A DNA stretch of 64,000 bases from Pristiophorus japonicus (lineage: Eukaryota): the NCBI RefSeq assembly GCF_044704955.1, contig NC_091989.1:51398001-51462000 (forward strand), read 5' to 3'. Numbering within the stretch: position 1 is the first letter of the stretch; each line of letters starts with the position of its first letter. The notes beneath the pieces are model-generated. The model did not search any database. It saw only the letters and a list, made by a program, of their open reading frames with translations, and was not told the DNA's origin. The translations under genes and the position numbers were made by a program. Positions 13,733 to 28,700 of the stretch are shown piece after piece.

Positions 13733-16700
13733 CTGAAAGTTAATTAAACCATTCACATTAAATAGCACAGAACTTTGAGCCATATAGAAAGTCATGATTG
13801 GGCTGCAATTTCCACCCACTGACTATGAATGGATTAAAATCAAGCCCAATAGCTAGCGCACAAAATATGCAAGTCTACAGTTTTAGATTAGGCATAGTTA
13901 CAACTAAAAATTACAGAAAGTATTGTCAGTTTGTGCATTTGCCAGCCTATAATTTCCCCATCTCCCCTATTCATTCCAAATGGACAGGGATATTATAGGC
14001 TGGTAAGCACACAAGCAAAAAACTGTCAAAAGTCTAAATGCAGAACTAAATTTCAAGCATCCATTTGGTTCACGTCTACAAGTTCTGGAATCAGAGAAGT
14101 GAATCAATTTTTTAAAAATTCCTAGCTGAGGATCAAACATTTTACTGTCCCCACCACTTACACCGCCTCCACTTATCCTGGCAGCAGCCTATAATCAGAA
14201 AAATGGTGTTAATTTATTTCCCAGCTATATTGAGCAGTTGAAGCAACTGCTTGTACTTTGCTACGGTGTGATTAACTGTCATGAAGTCCTTTCAGGCAAA
14301 TGAGAAGGTTAAGGAGAGATTTGTGTACAGTTTTGGTCTCCTAACCTGAGGAAGGACATTCTTGCTATTGAGGGAGTGCAGCGAAGGTTCACCAGACTGA
14401 TTCCCGGGATGGCGGGACTGACCTATCAAGAAAGACTGGATCAACTGGGCTTGTATTCACTGGAGTTCAGAAGAATGAGAGGGGACCTCATAGAAACATA
14501 TAAAATTCTGACGGGGTTAGACAGGTTAGATGCAGGAAGAATGTTCCCAATGTTGGGGAAGTCCAGAACCAGGGGTCACAGTCTAAGGATAAGGGGTAAG
14601 CCATTTAGGACCGAGATGCGGAGGAACTTCTTCACCCAGAGAGTGGTGAACCTGTGGAATTCTCTACCACAGAAAGTTGTTGAGGCCAATTCACTAAATA
14701 TATTCAAAAAGGAGTTAGATGAGGTCCTTACTGCTAGGGGGATCAAGGGGTATGGCGAGAAAGCAGGAATGGGGTACTGAAGTTGAATGTTCAGCCATGA
14801 ACTCATTGAATGGCGGTGCAGGCTAGAAGGGCCGAATGGCCTACTCCTGCACCTATTTTCTATGTTTCTATGTTTCTATGTTTCTATTTAATGGAGATGT
14901 TAAAAATCATGAAGGGTTTTGATAGCATAACTGAGGATAAACTGTTTCCAGTGGCAGAAGGGTTGGTAACCAGATGACCCAGATTTAAGATAATTGGCAC
15001 AAGAACCAGAGGGAAATGAGAAGAATCTTTTTTTTTTTTTAAATGCAGCAAGTTGTGTCGATCTGGAATGCATTTCTCAAAAGATGGTGGAAGCAGATTC
15101 AATAATAACTTCCAAAAGAGAATTGGATAAATGCTTGAAAGGGAAAGATTTGCAGGGCTATGGGGAAAGGGCAGAGGGGTGGGACTAATTAGATAGCTCT
15201 TTCAAAGAGCCAGCACAGGCATGTGCCAAATGACCACCTTCTGTGCTGTATCCATCTATGATTCTAAGAGGGGACTTCCTGATCACTATTGCAGAAAATC
15301 ACCTCAGTGAGAAAGAGATGGAGTGGAGATCCGAACACAAATGACAGAGTTGACAGTACCTAAACAACAATAGGCAAGGTTTAAATTTCTGTAATTAAGT
15401 CAAAAGTCTGCTTGAAATTGATCGTTCCCGATAGCAAAAATGTGTTTTATCATGTTCACTTTCATATTTTCATTAACGCTAGGACACGTTTAAGCTGGGA
15501 AATAAAACCTACTTTTAATGTTGCAGAAAAACCTTCATATTTATATCAGATAATTAATGGAGAAAATTGAAGACAAAGCAAAGCTAATTTTTCTACTTAC
15601 TGATCAGGGTGCGGACAGTGTTGCTCTCTTGCTCGATGCTGCAGATTTGTCCAGTGAGGTTTACTTGACTTTCATTATTAAGCGCAGGGTAACCGCGTTC
15701 AGTCAGGGATTGGTTTATTTCAGAACAAACCTTTACACTTATGGTCTTAAGTGTTTCTTCAAGATTGAAATTTCTTCACAGTATAACCAATAATAAAAAA
15801 AAAAAGAGAGAGAATAGTCAGATTAGTGATTAGTACAATGGATATCAAAATGAACTAATTGATCTCCTGTGGTGTTACATACAGTGAGTCAAAGCAAAAT
15901 GTAGTCTTCAGGTGAAGCAGAATTAGAGGGCAGAGAATAATTGGAACAAATGTAATTACGTCCCATTTTAAATTCATGCATTTGGTCTTTATTTTTATAT
16001 AATGCTTTGTTTTCTTTAAATATTTTAATAGCAAAACATACAGCAATTTGGAAAGCAGATCTAAAAAGCTGGTTGAAACATAGAAGTTTCTCTGTTGTAC
16101 AGGCTGAGGAGCTGGGAGTTACAAAAACTGAGGTGCTACAGTGCTACCACTGGCAGGAGGGTGTATTTACAGCATGACTGGTTTACATAGGCAGTTACTA
16201 TTATAAATGTGGACACAATTTACAAATAGGACAAAGTGTGACAAAACAAAGTAAGGTTTTGTAGACAGAAAGTATAATAGATGCAAGAATTTTAATTTGT
16301 AGATTGTTTATTATTCTGAAGAAATGGACACGAGTATTGATTCCAACCAGATAGAACCTTGTTTATATTGCTACTCCTGCCAGAGGAAAGCTGTGTGCAC
16401 ACATACTTATGTGCAGAAATAGAGTGCCACCCAGCATTTACAATTTTAATGTTCAAGAGTGCATTTTTTTAAAAAAGTGTCTATAGGACACCAGATTCAA
16501 CCATGTGTTAAGTGCTATGTAGTGTCATTCCGAAGTGCCCTCCTCGAGAGAGTTTGCCACCAATGGAGTCTAGACTCAGGTTAGGCCTCAACTCTAGTAC
16601 TGCAGTATAAATGCACCACTTCATCCACGAGATTGTACAAGTAGTAACACATACTGTACTTAATGTTGGAAACATCTTATTTCAAACAAGGTCGCCTTTT

Positions 16701-19700
16701 TACAAAGTATTTTTTCAAATCTGCCTCAACTATTGCATTTCACTTACTTCAGGTCATACTAAATGTTTTAGGAAGGATAGAAGGTCAGATGCCAATTTTT
16801 GTTCAATACTTCAAAACATTAAACACCATTTTAAAAATCAGACTGGATAATTTCCTAGGCAGTGTAATGATGCAGCTTGCTGGAACACAACATATAGTGA
16901 CACAGCAGCTCAAGGGAAACTAAGCCTGCACACCCTAGTACTGAGTTATTGATCTGGCCCATTCTGCTGCAATAAGGGTATGGAGAAGTCAGATAATGGG
17001 GACAAAGTCATCCCCTCGCCAATGTTGTGCACCTCACAGCAGCTAACTCAAAAGTAGAATCAGTTGAGAACTCAAAGATGTGTATGACCCAGGATGATGG
17101 AAGAAAAGACACATTTTTATTTTCACATTTTCTTAATTTTCAAACCCAATGTTTGCATCAATTATTTTAATTGTATTTATTTTTTAAAAAGAATTTAAAC
17201 ACAGCAAGTTGTTGTAATCTGGAATGCATTGCCTGAAAGTTTGTGGAAGCAGATTCAATAGTAACATTCAAAAAAGAGAATTGGGTAAATAGTTGAAGGG
17301 AAATTTTTTTTTTTTTAAAAACAGGGCCATGGGGAAAGAGTAGGGTAATGGGATCAACTGAATACCAATGAGCCAACACAAACACAATAGGCCAAATGGC
17401 CACACTGTTATATTAGTCTATGATTTTATGATTTGTTCCTTTAACTGTTAGTCTAGAAAATCAAGTCTACACTGTTTGCATTCAGATCTAAAAAAATACA
17501 ACATTTGGAAACTGAATGTCACTTATTGTTAAAAAAGCAGTTAATGACTAGGATACCATTCTTCATGTCTATGGTCAGAGGTTCCTTTGAAGTTTAAAAA
17601 AAATATTACTCAGACACAAAAGGAAAAAAAAAGTGTCAAAAAAGCCTTAAGAATTTAAGCAGAGGTTTCAGCACTCTAAAGATGGTTAAATTGGATTTAT
17701 TTTATGTCTAAAGCACTGAGTTACTTACATGACTCGAGGAGATTGTATGGACATTGAATGATCCAAAAGCTTGCCCACAATTGCAAGTTACAGTTGTACT
17801 TCAATCATTATCGCTTTCACCTTTCACAAAAATTTATATATAGTTTTAAAATCATATTAGTTGTTGCTTTCAGCCCTGTGGTATCATTGGTGGCACTCAA
17901 ATGAAAAGATATCACCTTAGGGCAAGCCCAATCTTATTTAACCATACACATGCAATTTCAGCAGGACAGTGGGTAAGCGTCAGAAGCTGGAATCCCAAAC
18001 TATTACCCAAAAAGTGAGTATGCAGGTACAGCAAGTAAACAGGAAGGCAGATGGAATGTTGGCCTTTATTGCAAAGGGAATAGAGTATAAAAGCAGACAA
18101 GTCCTGCTACAACTGTATAGGGTATTGGTGAGGCCACATCTAGAGTACTGCATACAGTTTTGGTCTCCTTATTTAAGGAGGGATATTCTTGCATTGGAGG
18201 CATTCAGAGAAGGTTCATTAGGTTGATTCTTGAGATGAAGGGGTTGTCATATGAAGAAAGGTTGAGCAGGTTGGGCCTATACTCATTGTTTAGAAGAATG
18301 AGGTGTGATCTTATTGAAACGTATAAGATTCTGAGAGGGCTCGACAAGGTAGATGCAGAGAGGATGTTTTCCCTTGTGGGGGAATCTAGAACTAGGGGGC
18401 ATAGTTTCAGAATAAGGGGGTCGCCCATTTAAAACTGAGATGAGGAGGAATTTCTTCTCTTAAAGGGTTGTAAATCTGTGGAATTCTCTGCCCCAGAGAG
18501 CAGTGGAGGCTGGGTCATTGAATATATTTTAAAAGGTGGAGATAGATAGATTTTTGAGCGATAAGGGAATGAAGGGTTATGGGGAGCAGGCAGGGAATTG
18601 GAGCTGAGCCCAAGATCAGATCAGCCATGATCTTATTGAATGGTGGAGCAGGCTCGAGGGGCCAAATGGCCTACTCCTGCTCCTATTTCTTATGTAAGCT
18701 GGGATCGTTCTCCTTGGAGAGAAGGTTAAAGGGAGTTTTACTAGAAGTGTTCAAAATTTCAAAATGAAGGGTTTTGATAGAGTAGATAAGGGGAAACTGT
18801 TTCCATTGGCAGGAGGGTCGGTAATCAGAGGACACAAAATTAAATGGCAAGAGTCCAGGGGGGGGGAAAATGAGACTTAAAAAAAAAAATGTTGGGGTTA
18901 TGATCTGGAATACACTACCTGAAAAAATGATGGAAGCAGATTCAATAGTAACTGTCATGTAGGTAGACCATGTATACTAACTGTTTAGTCACATAAGGTG
19001 TGCCACCAGAGGGCACTGCGGTGGGAGACCCGAGGGTCACCTGTATAGGTGTGCAGGGCCCAGTATAAAAGGCTGCCCACCATGCTTGTGCCTCACACTG
19101 GAGTTACAATAAATGGGACTAAGGTCACAACAGCTCAAGTACAATACTAGACCTCGTGGAGTCATTCATAAGAGTATTAAAGACATAACAGTAACATTCA
19201 AAAAGGGATTTGGATATATACTTAAAATGGAGAAATTTGCATAGCTATGGGAAAAGAGCAGGGGAATTGGACTAATTGAATAGCGCTTTCAAAAAGTTGG
19301 CATAGGCAGGATGGGCCGAATGGCCTCCTTCCGTGCCATTTGATTCTATGAAATTGAAAACATACCATCAGCCTGTAGAATACAATGTTTATTCAAGGGA
19401 TAGCCCAGTGTCATAATGCATACATTCATTCAGGTCACACACATGAATCATGTTTTCCTTTAAGGCACGAATGTGATTTTACACTTAACTGCCTTACCCC
19501 AGCCCTGATTTCTTGCATTTGGGATTTAAAATCTTCTGCAGCCTCTCCAGGGCCTTGACATCCTTGCTAGTGTGCTGCCCAGAATTGGACACAATTAAAA
19601 ATTCAAGAAACTGAAAATCTGAATACTGTAGGTACCCATCTTGGAATTTTACTTCAGGGTTTTCATCCTTGGCTTTAACCTGACACCATCCAATACCACT

Positions 19701-22700
19701 CACTGATCATGGCACACTGTCTTAATTTTAGTAACTCATTGAATTCAAAATCAATTACTGCATTAGGAAGAAAGAAAGAAAATCAAACTCACTTGTCGTG
19801 CATGCCCTCGAGTAAGACGATAGTAACTTGCTTTAATTTGTCTGCAAAGTCCGGTAGGCCCGAGATGGTTGTCCCCATCATGTTGTAGATGATTAGCATT
19901 ATATAAGCCACAAGCCTTTGCTGGTTCAGTCTTTGCTGCAGTTCTTTGAGACGTGATTGGTCAGTCATCAGAGTCTAAAAGTGAATCAAAGATAGTTTGA
20001 ACGCCATGATCCTGAATGTTTTGTTGCAATTAGTTTCTGTGGCTTTGTAACCCTACAAAAGATGTTCTCCCATTCAGTGCTCAGTTTTGGTTATCCAGGG
20101 GCTGCATTTCAGTGCAAGGTTTAATACTTTTGGTGAGGGTATATACACAAACTTATTTTCTCTTTTCCATTTCCCTGGTCTTACCAGGTTGTACACTAAC
20201 TGTGGCCAGAGGGCCAGCTCTTAAATTGCTATCAATGCTGTTTGGACCAGCCATTTGGAGATGCACAAGCTTCTGACTTTCCCTTCCTTCAACAAGGAGT
20301 CACCAAGATGTATACACTGTTATATTGTAATTTGACAAAGAAACTGTTGATATGAAAGGCAAGTTAGTGGTCCAACACACCATGCCATTATGTGTTAGGA
20401 TGTGGGCCAATGCCCACAACTCCCTTATAGCCAATAGCCAACACTTGACCTTGCTGTGCATTCAGGTGAGATAATTATGCACTGTGATGCAGGAGGCTTT
20501 TAAAAAAGTCTTCTTTCAGATACTTCTTTATACCTCCAAATGGCTACAGGGTGCTATTGTGAGAGACCTGGAAGCAGTTCACTTGATCCTCATTAGCAGT
20601 GACAAGTGAAATGATAAATTACATATTAAAATGGAAGTGGAAAAGGCAGCAAGCCCATAACTCATTATTTTTCCATAGGAAAGAAAAGAGGAAAATATTT
20701 TTAAAATATCATGTTATGTACACACAGACACACACTATGCATGATTAGAATAAAAATGATTAATTTCGTCTCACTGTTTCTTTGAAAACAGTAAAAAGCC
20801 TCAGGAAATAAAATAGAAATAAATTTTAAAAACCTTGCACCTATCGCGATCTTGTTTGCATGGAACCTCTCTGCATCCACTCAACATACGTCAAGTCCAT
20901 TGTTCATTATCTTGCTCTCATTCCTGGGGATCCTGCATACTGCCCTGCCCCACCCCCCACCCCCCACCCCACAGCAGGCAGAGGACAGGCTCTTCCTGGT
21001 CACCCTTGCCCCATTGTGCTGCTGCCTACTCTGGCTTTCTGCTCTGCTGCTTCAGTGTCCTGGTATCCTCCTCTTATCATGTACTCCAAGTTTCTAATTC
21101 AAGTGCCACTTTCTTTTAAAATTGCCACGGTTACCATTTGCTTAAGACAAATATGCAGATGCAACTTAACGCTTCTGCAGAAACTGAGGAGACATCATTC
21201 GCCATATGAATGAACCACAGAATTCCAGCGTCATAGTACAATAGAAAGATTGGATTGTAAATGGGGAGGTTTGGGTGAGGCCTAATAACCACCTCTACCA
21301 CCAAAACAGAGTGCCAAATAAATTTGGTGGCTCTTTAATGACAGCCAGAAACATTCAGATTTGATGAAAGTCATGGGTAGGCACCACTGTAAACATAATA
21401 TTAAAGATCATAAAATGACAGATTCAAAAGGGACATATACAGGTTGTGAAGAGCAAAGATTCCCCACCATGAAGTGTCCAACAAGAGTCTTGATCTTTGA
21501 CGGAGTTATCAAGGAATGCGCTGCTATTTTACGTACTAAACATAAAAGGCAAATCAGCTTCAATTTTTTTTTGGAGAGCCATCAGAAGTCAAAAAATATC
21601 TGCCTCTAGCAGATCAAGAATCGAGCCTTCATAAGTGGGTCAGCTCACTTCAATTATGCAGATGTTCTACAGAACCTTCACATCTCAACAGGCACAGATG
21701 GAATAGCTAGATAACTATTCACTTCTTTAGGAATATAAAGAATATTCAGCAGACTTACAATATGGTCTGCAGTGGAGGGGAAAGAATTCTGTTCTACTCC
21801 TCAATTTGACTACACATTGTGCAAATGAATTAACTGGCTAAGGGCCCAAAATTTCCAGACTAGTGTGAAATATTCCTCTCTGGCAAGCGTTTCAGACAGA
21901 GGGAATCAGCAAGTTGTCTCCGTTTAGGATGCATCGCATCAAGTCAAGACTTGACAACTTCATCCCCATATTCTAATGAATGGAAGATGACAGTAGGAGA
22001 AGTTGTGCTGAGAGATCAAAGACAGATACAAATACTGGGATTCTCAATGCAGAAAGTCCAGTTTCTGTAGCACCACGGGTCAGAAGAGGGTTTTTTGGTA
22101 AAGACAGCAGACTCCTTGTACATAATTCTGGAGTTGAAAAACAATACACTTTAATGAAAAATACCCTTTAATGATAGATTCCATCCACTTCACCTAGGTC
22201 TTTGCACCTCTGCTGTCAGAAGAGACAGCCTCTTTTGTCTGCAGGATGCATTCAATAGCAATTCAGTTTTTCCTTCCCAAAACCATTTGGGCATTCAACT
22301 CGTTCAAAGATCACCCCACAAGATGCAGTTAAGAGTTCTCAAAAGAAACTTATTCTCTTCTTCCTCCACCCCACTCAATCACTGGAGCCTAAAGGGCAAT
22401 CACAGAAAGATCCTGGAGAGCTCTAGAGTTCCATGTAGGCTCCTCCAACTTTGTTTGCTGCAACTTGGGAAAAGATCTCCAAAATTACAGGAATTTTAGG
22501 ATCCCTTACACAAAAATCTAATATTTACCTCAGGTACTGGCTTATTGTCGTAGTCCCACTGCAAGAATTTCAAATAACCATTGTTTAGCACAGAAGATGG
22601 GCTTAGGGAAAGACTGGAACTCCCGCCAGCACCAGAGGGTGATGTGTCTGAGGAGGGCACGGAGGCTGAAACTTCAGCAATAGACTCCTTTAGCCACAGA

Positions 22701-25700
22701 GTTGTGTAATCAAGAGCATCTATAAATAGAAACATTCATGTTTTATAAAAAGAGTTAAGTATTCCTCAAGTAGGGCTAGCTATCAAATGTGTTAATATCC
22801 TGCAGAATTAAAAATATTTTTAGAAAGTAAAAGTGTACTCCAGCTCCGCAGACAGGAGTGCCATTTCAACTCAAATGGGTGAAGTAGATCCCCATTATCT
22901 TTATTGGGCCACTGCCAATTTCTCCATTTCCCAAGCAATGCATAAACAAAAAGCACAGAATGTGGCAAAGCCATTCAATTAAATTTCACTTCTATTACAG
23001 ATTATCGAGAATCTACCTCATCATAGACTCCGCCCCATTTTATCTCAACAGAAAGTTCTGGATAAATGCTCACTCATCCCCAAACAAATTTCCTGAATAT
23101 TCATACATCCCACATCTCCATTATTAAAACCTGGTCTACCATCCTTTACTGGCATCTCCTCCTCCTTGCGGCACAGAAACTATTGCATTCCATGGGATAT
23201 CTTCCCTTTAGACCTTTATCAATTGACACCCCAGATGTTTGATTTGATTCTGTATTACCTTAAAGTTTATTTACATAAAAGTCAGCTGCCATTCCATAGC
23301 CAGGGATGTCAAATGCCTTGTTCTTGGGGTGAAACCAGCCACATCCCAATTTAATCCATACAAACCTCTGCTCTGTTCGACCTTCTAGACAATCGAAACT
23401 TAATTCTACACAATATTAGCAAGGGTCACGGAGAAAAGAATGGACAATGCGCCTTCTGATTCGTATCTTGTAAAAACAAACTGTTGATTAAAGAATTAAA
23501 CATAGAATACTTAATCACCATAAATCTACCAAACCTACTGGGCTGTTTGTTGAGAAAATCCTGGAACTTGCTTCGCTCATAGTCTACAGAACACTGTTGG
23601 ATGTGTGGTCGGATATTTTGAATGGTGAAGTTGATCATATCCATAGTCATCAAATCAAGGACACGAAATATCTCTCTAATGAAGAAATACAAAGCTCACT
23701 CAAAAGTTTTATTAGAGAAGTATGCCAGAAAAAGCAACATTCTGGTCACAAATGTATAAAGGGTTGGTATATATTAAAATCAATATATACTAATCTTTAA
23801 GAGGAAGGTTTTCAGTTTCTGAACTAAAATTCAAAAAGTCGCAGTTTGTAAATCCATCGCCTTCTCCCACCTCCGCACAGAAAACATATTTACCTGAACA
23901 GTGGCACTATCTGAGTAACCGATTTTAATTTTCTGACATCTTCATCCCGAACAGGGGCACAAAACTTTCCCATTAACGTGACTATATAAGCAGCCAGTCT
24001 ATGAATGTCAATTGCATTGTGCTCAGCTTGCTGTTGGATTAGATCTAAATCCAGCACCTCAGAGATCTGGTTCCGAAGTCGGTTTTGGCCAGGTATCAGA
24101 AATGAGAGCAGTATCTAAATGATTAAAAAAGTTACATAAATTAAGAAGCTTTCATCTAGTATCTACAACATTAAATTCACTGGTGTAACATTTGTAATAA
24201 GAGACTGCAGTCTTTCGGCTCATTTTGTAATGGTATCGTCAACACATCCCTTATTTAAACTGACATTTGGTGCTATAATTGAGTACAGTTGTAATCCTAA
24301 ACTGTTTTACTACAGTTTGTTTTAAGCCATGTCCGATGGAAAACTGCTGAAAAGTGTGAGGGAGAAACAAAATGGAAGCATGTCCATATATGGGTTAAAT
24401 GGGCATTGGGCTATCACGTGGAGTTGGGGTATAAATGGGGGGCCTCAAGGGCAAAGTGCAGAACAAGAGCAAATAATCAGACAACTTCAACACATGGCCT
24501 CCAAAGGTTTGAGGGTACTATCCATCTTTTGTACTTATTGCTGTGCTAATGTGTATAACTAGTTGTACTTGATTAAAATTGCCACCATATTAATTGTCTT
24601 GTTGAACTGACAACTCACCTCTTCTAGACTCATCTTTTGTTTCTTTACTTGTTCCATTACCATCTCCTTTTGCCTTGTACAATCAGACCTTTTGTCATTT
24701 AATCTCGCCTGCCTTCCACCCTTCCACAGACCTTCCCTTTTGTTCTTTTCTCCCCTCCCCAATCACTTGTTTAAATACTATTATATATCTAACTTTTTCC
24801 AGTTCTGATGAAAGGTCATCGACCTGAAACGTTAACTCTGTTTCCCTCCCCACAGATGCTGCCTGACCTGCTGAGTATTTCCAGCATTTTCTGTTTTTAT
24901 TTCCGATTTCCAGCATCTGCAGTGTTTTGCTTTTGTCCCATTTCAGTTTGGTGAAATTGTTAAAGGGGAAGAAAGAAAGAACACACAAGCAAATTACAGG
25001 TTACACCGATACATGCCTGAATTAGTGTTGATATGAAAAATAGCTAACCAGAGGAAATACTTACATCACCCTTCTTTTATATTTTTTTCACCTTTATTAT
25101 ACTTAACACCCCAGACCAAAGGTCTGGAGGGGAGGAGACTAAAACTGATGTGATGTATGTAACCTGCATGACAGTTTAAAAAAAAACACAAGAGGAATTG
25201 AAGCATTCACCTCTTTAATTTCTCCCAAAAGCAAGAGGGCGTGATTATATTCAGGAGGATCCTTATTCAGCTGAGCCTCCAGGCAGTCCCAGAATGCTTT
25301 ATGAACTATTTCTTTCACTCTCCTCTGTAAACTGTATATATACACACACACACAAAAAAAAAATCATCAGTGGTCTCAGGTGGATTAGTCAACACTTCAA
25401 TTATTCAATAGTACAATTTAAATATTTTGAAGGCTATAGTAATAGAAAAATGTTGGGAAGCTTCAGTACTCACTTTAGAAATTACAATATAAAAGATAGA
25501 TTTTGGCCGAGAAATTGGATAGTGCCTGAATCGGAACGCAATTCGGCTGCACACACTAAATGAGACTGGCGGCAGAACCGCGGCAAATTTGATCATTACT
25601 GGCAAGCTGCGAACTATTCTCTGCGCATGTCCAAGCATTTAGGTTTCCAGGGCAACGCGAGGCACAATGGGAGGGAACGAGCTGTCCCTCTCTGGCTGTG

Positions 25701-28700
25701 GAGAGGGAGCTTTACTCTAACTAACCCGTGCTGTGCTGTACCTGCCCTGGGAGCGTTTTGATGCTGAAACGTGAATTCCCCATCCCAGCCGCCAGACTCT
25801 GCCGACGGCTTGCAAATGAGTACTTACTGTACAGTGCTAATATGACATCTTCAACTTTTCTTTGTTGTTTTACTGTTCCACAGTCAGTCACTGAGCCGGT
25901 TAGGTGTTCCCTAGCCAAATGGGCCCACCGCAGCCACCCCCATCCCTCGACAAAGGGCCCCTATCCCTGGCCAAATGGCCCCGCCAAGCGTTTTATCACA
26001 GTAAATATTAAGTCCTAAAAATAAAATCTCTCTTTTATAATGAAGTAATTCAAAGATAATATTGCATCACTACATTCAATAGGAACATAATAAATACAGG
26101 TCAACACAACAAATCAAGATGGCCTCGGTAATGCCGATTTCGATGAGACTCCGATTTGGTAAGGTAAGGTTTTACAGCCGTTCTTTAAAAAATCCTTATT
26201 GGCAAAACTCGCAAAACCTGGCAAAAATGGCACTTTTTAAAAAACGGCCATTATCTGTTAAGGACGCTGTTATACTCTTGGCACAACTTGCAAAATTAAG
26301 TTAGCTCCAAAAAACACTGCTGAAAAAAAAATGGAGCTAAATGGTGGTGAATTTTGGGCCCAGTCATCAAGTTTTCAGTGTCTCTCAGCAAGCCTGTAAA
26401 CAATGCAGAGAATTTTTTAAATGGTCATTTTGTTGAGTCCAAAGAAACCTGACACAATAGCCATTAAAAGGAGGAAGTAACAAAGTACTTTGGTGGGTAA
26501 TCATTTCAAAGTAAGAAATGATTACCCACCAAACAACTTCACAGACCCTTATATCAATTTTTTTTTTTAAGAAAGCACTACTTATAAGAATCCTTGAAGA
26601 TTTCTTAAATGGTGCCCATTAACTTCAACAAACACCAGGCCAACTTTCTTGGACAATGTGCAGCTTCATTTCATTGTCAGCCGAATTCAGCCATGAGGTT
26701 CATGGGCAGTTCTCTTCTACCACATCTCTGCTGAGCATTCGCCATCTTTAAATCAACTATGCAGCACAGAATTTGAAGGGCTCAATCCCTGGTCCAGACA
26801 GAACTAGTTGATCTTAGCTAAAGTGGCAGTAGGAGTTCTACATTTGGCTTGAGCACCCAAGGAGAGACCGGGGCTCCCATTTCCATCATTATCCAGTGAC
26901 TTCTACTAGAAGTGTGTAGGAGTATCAAGGGGAGGACAGACTTGGGCTCTCTTGATTTCTGCCACATTTGAGTTCTCTGCCGATACTCAGTCATCCTTAG
27001 CCCTAAGCTCTGGAACGCCCTCCCTAAACCTCTCTTTCCTCCTTTAAGACACTCCTTAAAATCTACCTCTTTGACCAAGCTTTTGGTTATCTGCCATAAT
27101 TTCTTCTTATCTGCCTCAATGTCAAATTTATTTCTTTGTCTTATAACACTCCTGTGAAGTGCCTTGGGATGTTTTACTCTGTTAAAGGCGCGATATAAAC
27201 ACAAGTTGTTGGTTATTGTCAAGGCAACAAGTGGTTAATGGCCATTTAGGTAAAGTACTGGAGGACAACCAACACTCTAGCACAAGCCTTACCTTCAGGA
27301 GAAATAGGGAGAATATTGATGAGACAAATAAAAAGTAGTTTTAAGACCCCCTTCCCCACAGCCAAATACAAACCATGGGCCAAATGTTTGCTGTGTGACT
27401 TTGTTTAAGCGTAGACAAGCTTTTTTCAAAATTAGTTGGACAATGTTAATAGTCTCGATGTAGAAGGTTTGACGGTCACATGCACAATAGAAAACAGCAA
27501 TCAAAAATGGAGTGCTTGAATACTCAGACAGCAGGACCAAATGGAATCCAACTAAGAATACAAATAGAAATTAGGGTTGAAGTTTATTTTTAAAAACTGT
27601 TTGCGTTTTAAGACACAGAGGCTTGATCCAAATTATAGGCCTATTAAAATGTCATGATTATAAAGAAATAAACTGAGGACAGGTTTTATAAAAAGGAGGA
27701 AGATGCCAGCAATTTTACTAGAAATAAATGCAACAATTCAAAACCAATGTCAATTTCTGAAAACAGAAAATGCTTGAAACACTTAGCTGGTCAGGCGGTA
27801 TCTGTGGAGAGAGGAAGGTAGGGTTAACATTTCATGTCGATGACCTTTCATTAGAACCCAAGGTCATTGATTTGAAACAGTAACCCGACCTTCCTCACTC
27901 CACAGATGCTGCATGACCTGCTAAATGTTTGACGTTGTGTGTTTATTTCAGATTTCCAGCATCTGCAATATTTTTCTTTATGCATTTATGAAAAGCTGCT
28001 CAGGTCTAACAACATTTATTGGAACGGCTTTAAGATTTGTAGATAATAGTAACCAGCGCATCTCCCGTGACGCTGTCCGTGTAAAGTGAGAACAAAGTGA
28101 ATTTCCAGTATACGCACAACAACAACTTGTATTTATATAGCACCTTTAACATAAAACATTCCAAGGCGCTGCACAGGTGTGTTATAAAACAGAATTTGCC
28201 ACCGAGGCACATTATGGAAAAATGAGGGCAGATGACCAAAAGCTTGGTCGAAGTGGTGGGATTTTAATATAGATTATTATTTAGCACTATATTAGTGCTA
28301 TACTTTTGTAATCTTGGGACACTCTAGAAAGTGACTGTGCAGGGGTGCAAGGAGAAGACACTGCAGAAAATGGGCAGGAAGTACAATTAAAGATACACAA
28401 GTCTAGAGATGATTCAACACAAACAGTATAATTAATTCAACCTCTTGTGATTGGGTCCAATATTCTTGGCAACATGCCGAATAATTTAATCAGTGGCATT
28501 TAAGCAAAAATAAAAAATAAAAATGACAGGAGGAGAAAAAAAAAAGATGCCACCAACCATAATTCCCTGACAGAGAAAAGTTCTAGTTACTCATTTAATA
28601 TTGCTGATTGTGGTCTTACAGGCACGTATCTCAAGAATGTTGTAGAGGATGAACTATGTTTATCTACTGGTTAAGCCCAGAAAGAGGAGACATTTAATCC

